Assembly (NCBI GenBank): GCA_002633005.1 | Contig: NMRA01000331.1 | Location: forward strand, 1 to 64,000 | DNA length: 64,000 nucleotides | Reading direction: 5' to 3' | From: Phoronis australis | Taxonomy: Eukaryota > Animalia > Phoronida | Shown here: positions 36,101 through 48,100 of the stretch, piece after piece | Position numbering within the stretch: position 1 is the first letter of the stretch | Layout: every line of letters begins with the position of its first letter | Notes under the pieces: model-generated | What the model was told of the DNA's origin: nothing | The model's database searches: none | What the model saw: only the letters and a program-made list of their open reading frames with translations | Made by a program: the position numbers and the translations under genes

Positions 36101-39100
36101 GAGAGCAGTTTCTGGGAGTATGCCTTCCTGAGATGTCTGTATTCCTGAGCGAACGGAAACAGAAGACCTTCGACGAAATGTCGTTCATTGCTCAACAGTA
36201 CATGGACGCCCATTGTACTGGTTTGTTGGGCAAAGGGTTCGCAAAGAGAGACTTGGGTCAGGTAGCCAGAAGAAAGGTACCTCCAAGCAACACAGAAGAA
36301 CGGAGCAGAGACTCCTCGTCCGTCAATGACCAGAAACAAGGGTGACATGGGACTGCTGGATGAAACAATCACAGTCCAAAAGGTCCGCTAAAAGTGAGCA
36401 GTCGTCCTCCTCGCAGCAAAAACGGACTAAGAAAGAAGACGCTAAAAAGGCGGGAATGTGTCAAGCTGTAGTAGCAACTGGTAGCCCGGTAGAGCAGCAC
36501 ATAGTTGATGACTGTCTGAAGTTAGTCGATGGGACATCGATACCCATAGAGACAGGAGCCTGTGACAAGCAAAGAGAACATCCAGCTGACTACAACATGC
36601 CCGTTGGGACAGTTACGTCAACGAAACGAAGGTACGTATGATGCGTAACACCGCCGGTTGTAGTAGTGCAGCGGCGAGGACGTCCCTAGTCAAAGAAAGT
36701 CAACTGACGTGGAAACAACACATCTGACAGCACATTCCTGAATAGTTAGCAGGCTCGCCGGTCTAATGGGGTCGCTGGTTCGATTCCCGGGTCTGGTAAT
36801 CTCGGTTATTACAACACGTTTTTTGGAAAACCAAGTCCTTTCCGATTACTCCTATGGAGGATTTGTAAATGTCTTGTCATTGCCTTTATGTTTGTTGCTT
36901 CAGTAACAATGATTGCATTAATTAGCTCCAAATTTCACCAATGGGTGATGCTCATAAACTAAGAAATTTGCCTTAAATTTCTACTTCTGTGTAAATAAAT
37001 AAAAATCTGTGTTTTTCATCAGTTTATGCAATTTAAGGAAATATTTCATACAGTTCGATTAAGTAGGTTTTTCATAGTTCGAGACGCTGTTGAGCATCCT
37101 ACTACACATATAAATCTACATGTTTGGATTATGTTCGGGGCTAACGTAAACGGTAAAATCCTTTTTAAGTATGTTACTTACCACGATAAAACTTCAAAAA
37201 CTGCACGAGTAAAATGATGCACTAGCGTTTACTATGTGCATTAGCTTTTACGAATTTCACAGGAAAGAAGTGACGAAAATCAAATAGGCATCTTCATAAA
37301 CTGTCAAGGAGTTAGATGGCTTAGATCCGCAATTACCATGTACAGCGAAGCAAATGCACCGCAATCCAATAAAAGGAATTCAAGTTAAAAAAAGTTAAAG
37401 CTCATGGCATCATAATATCGTTCGGTAAGAACTCGAACGCGTCGTAAACACAGGTGATTGCAGCTAGTAAAAGCCAATGAAGAAATAGCCTTCCAAACAA
37501 TCAGCGGACATTCAAAAGCCATTCATACAGAGCGCAACATCGGCAGGTCAACAAAGGCCGACATCATAGTAAGATAAAATACGAATGAAACGATTGATCA
37601 AGTCAAAGATAACACCACTGAGCTCCATTCAGGTATCACCATGAGAATCAAAAAATAATTGCCCTTATCCCATACGCGTGATTGTATGACCATGAAATAC
37701 GGTGGTAATTTAAGGTTTAGCTTGAAAAGCTTTACTTTCCATATTCATCGCGCGTTGAATGGGGATGCCTTCTTTCTCGCCAACATTTCCTCTTGTGCAC
37801 ACAATGCACTACCAACACCAAAAACTTTGATTATATATATCGCATCAACTTGGGTTCAATTCCGTGTGCAATATTTTCACATGCCAATACTATGATATGC
37901 TTTTTTAAAACGAAACAAAATAGTGAAATAAAAATATTGTTGACAATTTTTCTTCATGTAACGTGAACTTTTGCACCTGAACAAAACGCTTTAAATCACG
38001 AAAAGCCCCAAAATTGTCACAATATATTTGGTATTAGGAAAGCAATAAACATTACCATTGCATGCCTCCCTTTGGTCACCTCTTGCACTACACCAGAAGA
38101 GGATCTCAACTGCCAAATGTGAGTCAATATTTTTAATTCGTTCTCGAAACAATCAAAATACGTCGAGCCCAAAAGCAAAACTGCAACTGCTATAAACACT
38201 GCATTTTTGTAAATTTTATAACAAATTTCGGAATATTGTCTACCTAAAAACGATAAGAATCGCGCGCAAGGACCATTTTTAAGAACCGTCTGAACGTGCG
38301 TCACTGCATTACGGTGTTTTCCGTAGCTCCCAACTTGTTCGAGTCTATAGCCCAACAACAAGTTGGGAAGATCACCTCTGTAGCCAATAACTTCCACGAC
38401 CGAAAAACTCCTTTCTGGCATTTATGGTTGGAGGGCCGACTTTCTTTTATTCAATAACTGCTCTAATATCCGATCAGATCGTATCTAGCCTGACTGGGCT
38501 GTGCTGCTAAAAATGAAAGTTAAGTTATAACATATTTGAACATAGACCAATAGCATTTCTGAATTCTTTGTCAATTGCTGATCATGTTTAGTTTTTGAAT
38601 CACAAAAATCGCCCAACTACAACAGAAGTTAAGACAATCCATTCTGCCAGGTTTCAGTAACCCTTAGAAGCCTGCTTGTTGTCATACGGGACAAACGGTT
38701 GTTCTGAGCAGTTAACAAAGGAGCCAGATGTTACCGCACATTCAGAACCCCTCACGTCTGGAAAAGTTGCTGAACGACAGAACGCCGTCATGGAGCCACA
38801 GCGTTTGGGTGTCCTGCACAGATATTACTCAAGGGAAACAAGACAAACATGTCAGAAATGTAAGACAACTTTAATTTAGAAATAGATTTAACTCAAACTC
38901 GAAAATACTGAAAATAGGAGATATGCACCCCAAGCCTATAGCTGCTGTAAAATACCACTTGAACTGCCGTGTCGCTGATGCAGGCTGTAAAAAATTCATT
39001 CATAAAAATATTGCGAGCACGAATACGTGTCACGCGATCTGCAATCATCATTGATAAAAGATGACAAACGACACCAAAACAAGCGGAGCAATCTGTGTAA

Positions 39101-42100
39101 ATCCGCTTCTTAAAAGGATCCTCAGCGGGCTTCGCCCTCGTTCAAATACTTTTGCATATCACGAATCTCGATATAATAACCACTGGTACAAACACGTACG
39201 ATGTATAACCTACATTTATTTCATGACTCGGTATTTGTGAAGATCGCAAAATTAAAGCAAAACATTCGGGAAACACATTGTAGAACTGGCCTTCCCAGGG
39301 TAACAGTGATGATACAAACAGCCGTCAAATATTAAGTTTGCCAAATCTTTTTAGTCGAAATCGAACTCGAAATTATTTCTGACTGTCAGAAATTCATTGT
39401 GGGTTTGTTTAAAAGGTAGCTATGCTTTGGGATTGTGCGAAGATGGAGAGAGAATGATAAGTTATATCCAGTAATTAATTTATTATATGATAACCACAAA
39501 TTAGACAAGTTAAACCTGTTATTAATTAATGTAATGAACTACAAAGAAGAGTAATTACGCTAGTGCCCTCTTTAAAAATTACTTGAATCAATCGATCTAA
39601 ATAATCAAATGTCTTATCTGCTATCCAAGCGGACTCTCCACTTGTTGGATGACAGTCCTGTTGGTGAATCTTCGAACTACACACGCTGTATTGCGACCAA
39701 TGAGCTTTATCCACGCGTTGAATCTGTCGAGGGAAATACGGCCATGTTACAAAGATTCCCGTATTCACCTCCCGCACTACTTCAACAGTGACCTCTGACA
39801 TGGAAATCTCAAAAGGTAGGTCAATGTCGACTCGACGTCTTCAGTCGGTTCGATCATCAAACTTTCCGAATATAGTTTAAAGTAATACAGTTACAGCAGT
39901 GTAACTAACACTCGACATGCAACCAGGCCCTAAACGTAAAATCTGGAACAAAACTGTTAATTATACGACACGTGCGTATGTCTCATTTTCAATTGCTGAA
40001 TACTACGGTATTTCGTCTGCAACTCAGGCGCCGATTCCTAGGAAACTACAATATTTCAAATGTTGTTTTTTAACTATTTCCAGGAGATGTTACAAGTTCA
40101 CTGCCCAGTTGCCGTTGTTTTCATCACTGTTACCTCTTTTCAAGAAATAAATCGTTACTTTTAAAACTGTTTCTTTTACAAGAGTAAACTTGCAACCTAA
40201 CGCGCAAGTACATACATATTGGATGTGTGAACAGTCTGGGCGAAGTATTTAAAAAATCTGCTGAAAAATGTAAGAAACTTAGGAATTCGAGGCATATTGG
40301 ATAAATACACAACGTACCTCGCTTGGCGTACATGAAGCAACATCCCACTCGACCTTTTTCTTCGGTCTCGGTAGATACGCGAAATAATGTCTCGTGGGAT
40401 ATTACTTCATGCACGCCACTCTCGGTACGTTTTGTGTATATATATATATATATTGACGCGACCATACTCGCAAGCCAGGCAGCGCCTGGCACGCGGTCCG
40501 CCATATTGATGATGAACAATATGTAAACAAAAGCACGGTGACCTTATGGAAGCCGGAGAATTTTCAGAATAAAATTTGAAATTTTAAATACTAGCGAGGT
40601 TCTAAAATGTTGGTAACATAAAGCAATGTAAATCTGTGACCCACGCTTTGCTTAAACGGTCATATAAGCCATTGCAAAGACAAAATTCCTAATGCTTTGG
40701 CTGAAATTCTCACGGAGTGCTCCTAGGGCCTGGGAGATTTTGCCGACTCAGTCGATAAGACCGAAATGTATAAAATTTAGAAAATGGTATAATACTGTGA
40801 TTAACCTTTTTCGTTCCTATAATTGTATAGTACCTATTTTTTAGTTTCGGTTGTTTATAAGCCGACAAGACGATCAGCTGTCAAGGGGGGGCGCTCTCCG
40901 GCGAGCCATTATATCACTGCATTCCCAAAGTTTTTAGCATGGGTCTAAAAATTCCTTGACCCAACGCCACTTGATTTGTTCTAACAAAAAGATTTGAGGC
41001 ATGCGTTCGTGTGAAACACTTGGACACAAAGTAGAAAAAATTAATAGAAATCAATGAGCAATATGCGTGCATGTAAAGTCGTGTCCATAGTTATCCTATA
41101 GTAGTATTTTAAAGATGTCTATGGTCGTGTCATTTTATGCAACAATGGCAGTGTACATGTTTGTGTACATGTTCGTATTCGGAATTGAGGGCATAAGTCA
41201 GTTTGAATAAAAGGTGGCAGCAAAATTTCGCAAAACGATAGAGTTATAATAACTGATATGTTAACATTAAGTAATTCAGTGAAAAAAGAAGAATGCACGA
41301 CACCAAAAACATACATCCTGTACTGGTTGGTAAGGAACGCACATTGTGTATACATCGGTTACCCGCGTGTGCCTGTGAACACCACTGCTTCGGAGGGCGT
41401 AGCCGGAGGTCGACGTATGCATTTGCACAGCCCCAATTTCCCGAAAGGTGATTGAAATTGTCTACTTCACGTTATACTAAGGAATAATAATTACATTATT
41501 TTTCAAATAATAAAACGCATGTAAGGGGTGATGAGGTGTCTCAAGGAAAATTACTTCAGTGATAAGCTACTTTTGTTTTGCTTTCTAGTATTACCAGGAA
41601 GAGATAACCACTTCCTGGTATTACTTGCCCTAGTACTTAATTCATCTTAGTTTGGCGAACTGGTAATTTGTACACTTTGAAACCACATGGTCTCACAGTT
41701 CAAAATGTGTTATAGACTCTCCTGTGAAACAACTCGACACGCCGCGGAACTAGAGTTTTAAAAAGGCGTTCGCATTATTAATTTTTACGCTACTCAGTGT
41801 ACCCCTTTTATGCGATCATTATGCGGGAATCGCCGTTTTTTCTGTCAATAACAAGCACTCTTCCATAATTGGCCATCCAGAACGAGAAGGACAAGACAAA
41901 TGTTAACACTGAAACAAAACATTGAGATACTGAAACCATTTCAAACAATAAAGTTTTGATTTATTTCAAAATATATTTATGTCAAAATATCACCATCACG
42001 CAGTAAAATCACACCGTGACAGTAAAAGAGAAATGTCTAGTAGGTACAAAGTTACTGTACCGTACTGGTACCATACATCCACTCCACTTCACCAAAAGTC

Positions 42101-45100
42101 AGATTTCAACCAACTCTAACTAAATCCCTCAATTCAGTAGAATCCGACATTTACTGGGACAAAGCTTATATTACTAGTACATTTATATTGACAACACCAC
42201 GCCATAAAATAAATAAAATGACAAAACTCAACGGTCATAATCTCTACCTGCCCTGTCCTACATACCCAGGCGTTAATACTTTGTCAGTATCAGATGTTCA
42301 TAAACAGGAGAGAATACAAAAATGATGGTTTTCCTCGAGCAAGACAGTTGCAGATTTTAAAAGCTCGCCAGGTAACAGAACATTTGTCCCATCTCTTGAA
42401 ATCTACAGAAACAACCCATCTACCGTCCCAATATAACATTGTGGGGTTTAGCATTCTTGGGGTATCCCTTCCTCCGATCCTGTTCTATTCTTAGTAACCA
42501 GGCTATATTAATAAATCTTAATTTGGTGTCCACTCTGTAAAAATGCACAACTATTAATCTTGTAGTCACTTTTTGCGTTTCTTGGTTGCTAAAAACAACA
42601 GATATCTTGGAGAGAATAAGGTCACTAAATCCTTAAAGACATGTCGGACTAAGAAGGAAAGTCAAGTAAAAGACCACATCGACTTAAGTGGGTGTTCTTG
42701 GGACCAAATTAAGTTGAACAATATTGTTTCTGCTATGGGATTCTCACCCACAAAATCATTTTATTTCAGTTTCAATTTTTAAACCTCGAAAGACAAAAAT
42801 ATATATATCATTGATTCTGGGTCTAATCTTCATACTAGAAATCAAACATTGTTTTTTTATATTTTTTTTTTTTTGTTTTCTGCTATATACAACTAAATAC
42901 CCTTTAATTCTGCTAAAGCTTGCAATGATTTTCTTGGATGATTTTCAAAAAATCCTAGTTTTCACTTAATGATACTTACATAAAAACTATGAGTTTTTAC
43001 TTGTAATCTCGCGTTGTTACCAATATTGGTTCCTAAATACTAAACAGTACACACTAACATGGTTCATCAGCAAGATGGCGAACCACTCCGCTCAGCCAAA
43101 ACCACGTGACTTCAACTCTAGTTATATTTATCTCATTGGGTCACACTCTTTGGTGACGCAACACTTGCAGGCAGTTTATTCTACCCACGATTCTTCTTGC
43201 TGGTTACAGTCTCTGATGACGCAACAATTCAGGCAGTACCCTACTACCCACGATGCAAGTGACAAGTTCTTAGTTAACTTGCTGTTCGTTAACCCTTGCC
43301 CTTGCCAAGCTCCTCTCTAGAATCTTCCACGAGATGGCTCTGTTGTACTATTTCCTCTGTACACTATAGCAAGTCTATGGTTCAACTACTATAGCTCATC
43401 TGAATATCTTGATTTTAGCCCATATATTAAAATATTTTACTTATTTAGTGATTGGGTAATACAAACCAAATGATCATATCCAATCATATTATTGGCTGTT
43501 ACAATTAGTTCTCAAAAATTTCTAGAATTTCTAGATTCATGTGCTTTGACCCCAGAACACCATCTAAAACTAGACATGTCAACAAGTTTGACCCCATGAC
43601 TTTAAAGTACTTATTCACAAATTTCGGGCAACTTAAAATGGATCAATTCTTACAAATTACTTAATCAATATTTATTCTGACACTGACATTTTCCGTTCTT
43701 CTTAAATAAGAACTCAAGATAACGTTTCATCATTCTGACTCGAGTATATTTTGGCTTACGTAGATGAGTATCTAGTCCAGGTTTGGATTTGATGACCACA
43801 AGATTTGAGCACCAAATTCCAATGCAAACTCAAGATTTTGACTAAAAACTCGAGGTTCCGAGTTCATACTCGAACTTACACCTTTAATGATGAGGTTCTC
43901 AATTACATAACAAAATTACACAACCATATAAACCATAACATAGTGGAGCACAGAATTAAAGGCAAATATTTTGAGTTCGTATTCAAGTAGATCGAAAAAG
44001 GCCAAAAATATTTTCAAGTACAAAGGTTAGACCCCGGGCCCTGTACAAATTTGATTCAGTTTGCTTCTATAAAAAAATAAGGCGGTAACTCGTAGAAATA
44101 AAGTTTGTTCTTTATTTTTCTATGTTTCGCATTTAATGTGCTGGCATTCCCCACCGGGGGCATTTTAATAACTAACTGAACAGATAAAAATCGATGAACA
44201 AACTCACGTGACGTTACGAAATTGATTTTACCTGGTTCTTTCAATGAGGCAAAGACACTAAAAGACAAAGTACAAGAGAGACTACAAGGGTCATGAACAC
44301 GGGCTCGTCATGAAAGCATTGATTGAACATTTCTGACTCTTTCAGTTCCAACGATAAATCATTTCAGAGTTGACTGGTGACTATTGTGCTAGTAAAAACG
44401 GACAGGAAAGAACACGAATAGATCTTCAACTAGTTTCCTTTTACAAGTCAATAAAGCTCGTGTTTCTTAGGTTAAGCAAATTAAAAGCTGAATCATGGGT
44501 GACACAGAAAGTTAAACTAAAAGCAATCGATGATTAAATTCTGAGAAAACTGTCAATCGTTCATTTCCTTCTTCCCATTCAATTCTCTAAACCTTTCTTT
44601 CTTGGTTAAGGATAAATTAACTGGATGAGTGGTACATGAATCAATCAGAAATTTCAAAATGGAAACTATTGACTTTTAATCAAAATTCTCTCCCTGTGCC
44701 ACCTGGTGGCACATTAAGGAGTAACGACGCTAATTAAACAGAACTGTCGGCTACGCCGATGGTATAAACATTTATTCATGGAAAAACGTTCCCTCGCAGT
44801 TGAATATTTAGCGGCCTAATGTGATGCAGGCTGCCAGTACTGTGCGCGCAGTGAAACTCCACAGGACACGCTCAAAGTAGCACTTAAATGCGTGATCTTT
44901 TTAATAACATACGTGTACCTCTGGTGTGTGGTCCTTAAGGCTCATAAATGTTATTCTAAAAATTTAATTATTGGGTTTTGTATAAATTCACGTAGCATGC
45001 TTCGGCTTGCAAAACCAACTTCTGTTACAAAAGAGCAACAGAGAGCGTTGATATGCGTGTCCACTATGGGCATTGCATAAAGCGCACCTACAAGGAATGA

Positions 45101-48100
45101 TCATTATTTTACATAATATAAGGGAACGAAGCTAGTAAACTTAACATAACACTAGGTGGCGCCACAGTAGGCGAAGCCGTCCAACATTTATTAGCTGTCG
45201 TGCTCTTCCAAGTATAGGAGCACATAAAGCAATTTTCATAACGTCCCTGTAAGTTGTTTGGCTGATAGAGAGGCGGGCTCCAAAAATAGTCACTAGGTGG
45301 CGAATATTATGCCAAATGAAACGGAAAAGGTAAAGGCATTCTTAATAGTAAGATATTCCCAACTTTCTTGAAAATCTGTCACTGGAACTGCAAAGGTACA
45401 GCGAAAGTTGAAAAAATACCACCAGAAGGCACAGCAGTACTCTGGTCCGTCTGAGAGCCGTCGTCATGCGTCAGCACATTCATAGAAATACACTTCTCAA
45501 GTTTAACACAGTTCTTTCGAAGGTTTAGAAGACACAGGAAAGACGCCAAAGTAGTCGGAGCCGTCCGAAAATAATTGTCAGCCGTTTTTTTCCCGGTAGG
45601 ACCACATAGGCTAATTTTCATACTGATGATCCTCAGAATGTTTTGGTTTGGCCAACAGAGAGGCGGACGCCAAAAACAGGGTTGAAAACAGTAAAAATCG
45701 TCACTATTTAGGACAGAATGCGTCGAACCTTTCCGAAACCGGTGGTGTCGCCTCCTTTACAGATATCTATTTTCCAAAAACTCCGTCGAGGAGCTCCGAA
45801 GTTACATAAGCAAATGCAAGAAAAATAACCGCCACTAAGGGGTAGTCGGATCCGCCGGAAATTTTTCTGGCGCCGTTCCATCTATAATAGTAATACGTCT
45901 CCAAGTCTTCATGAAATTACCCCCAAGGGTTTTAAGAGATAGAGCAGCGGACGCCACACGGACGGGAAGAACAACTTCCATTTAGGGTTACTGAGTACTT
46001 TAAAACTCGTACAACAGGTATAGAGCCCAAGAAAGCATCGCCCTGTGGTTGTTTGAGTATCTTAAAAATGGCCATTAGGTGGCGCAGAATGCGTCAAACG
46101 CGTCCAATTGAGAAGGTGGCGCCATGTGTGTAATACGCAACTATTTACCAAATTTAATGAAAGCACTGTAAGCCACGGAACTCCTAAAATATAGAAACAA
46201 ACGTAAAAAGCAATTGATACCAGGGGCAGTCCGATTGGTCTGAAACTCATCGTCACATGTTGCCATCTCTGTAGGAGCATATCTGCAAAATTTCGCAAAG
46301 ATCCTTCAAAGGGTTCAGGAGACACAGTCGTAGACGCAAAAAAGCAAAATTGCCCCTGGGGTGTGACAGAGCAGTCGGAAGCATCTGAAAATCAGCGTCA
46401 GCCGGCGTTTTCGCATCAGGAACACAACCGGCAATTTTCATTATAATCCTTTGAATGGTTTGGCAGATAGAGAGGCAGATGTCAAAAACACATACAAACG
46501 TATTTAAATGACTACCAGGTGGCACAGAAAACAGCAAATTTGGCCAAAAATGGAAAGGTATGGCAGATAAGAAGGTGGAGGCCAAAAAACGGAAGCAAAA
46601 ATAACAAAATAGCTAAAAGGTGAATAGCATCATCGTCTCCTAATTAAAAACCTATTTGTCGAAATTCATAAAAATCCATCAAGGAACTTCGAAGATATAG
46701 AGGCAAACAGAAAAATAAAATTGAAGTTTTGAATATCACAACTTCAAAGACTATTTATTAGATTCTAACTCGAATATTTGCCACGAAAGCTGAATGCAAT
46801 TTACAATTGTTCAGCGTGAAATAAAACGATTAACACAGAGTACCTGAACTACTTTACATTGCGCAAGCATGTTTTTACGAAAGTTGCGCCATGTGGTTTA
46901 AAGTTTTAGACACGTCGAGTTTTTCGGCAAAAATATCGTTTTTACGGTTCATTGAGAAAACAAATCCTACGCTTGTCTCAGATATATGACACGGGCAAAA
47001 CCTCTTGGAAATTTCGTCAAAATCCCTCGGCAACCCTCGGGATTTTGACGCAATTTCCATGAGGATTTGTCCGTGTCATAAACCAGAGACTCGTGTAGGA
47101 TTCTCTATTTCTCTCTACAGTGTCAATAACGTCAGAAAGACCGAGTACAGTTATCTGCGACCTGGGCAGTTTATGAGCTTGACATAGGTAGCCAAATAGG
47201 ACGCCTTATCTGCAATGCCAACAGGCTATGGAAAATGCACAACGGAAACGCACAACCACAACTTGCCGATTCAAATTTCTTGAACATAAAACCACCGATT
47301 TGCCTGTACAACATACCACAAACTATATCATTTCACGTTTACACTTCCTCCATCAGTCATGTTGGTTTGTTTACACATAAAGTGCTACCTGGTGACAATT
47401 CGACCAGCGAATCAAAAACGCAGGTGTAAAAAGTTTAAGCTGTTGTTACGAAAGACCCAGTTCTTTACAATATTCCTCCGTTGCCAATGTTCCCCAAAAC
47501 TGCGATGTCAAGTCTATTGCCATATTGCCCGGGTCGATGCTCCCTAATCCCATCCCTGTAACTAGCTGCGTGAATCTCCTACCCACTATAGTCAAGCAGT
47601 CTACGTCGTAGATATTTCAGACTCGAATGGTAAGAATTTTTGTTCAGGCTGAAAATGGCCAATGTAAAAACAAAATTATTCTGGATGGCTAAAAAGGGGA
47701 TGTGGAAACGATTATCACACAGTCACGCTTACGTGGGGGCTGACGCAAGAAATACTAAAGAACAGCCAGCGACATTAGTTAAATCTGCTAATCAGTTTGA
47801 CTGAGATGCAATAAGCGAAAAAATAAAATTTGACTAGCCGTTTTTTATTACTTCAAGATCATACACAAACATACATTATTGCCAACGTTTGAATTCAGAA
47901 ATAGACAGGCAGCAACGAAATCGGTAACCCAGTAAGGCACTTGTACTGTCCCTTCGGTCGCCCCACATCCTCTATAACCCGGCAGTTATCATCAAAATAT
48001 TGAGAATTTGACATCTTTCCGTGAGTTGTGAGATTTGTTCAAAATACGAGAGCTTCCCACCTTAATAGAATTTGGAGGGTTGGCAAAACCATTGTCACAT

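Noticed and set aside
38017-38421. 134-aa minus-strand ORF
   Set aside because: No recognisable domain or splice context; lies in repeat-like intronic DNA.
34147-43682. One full-length LTR retrotransposon bounded by the two LTRs
   Set aside because: The LTRs are inverted and the second has its own TSD on both sides.
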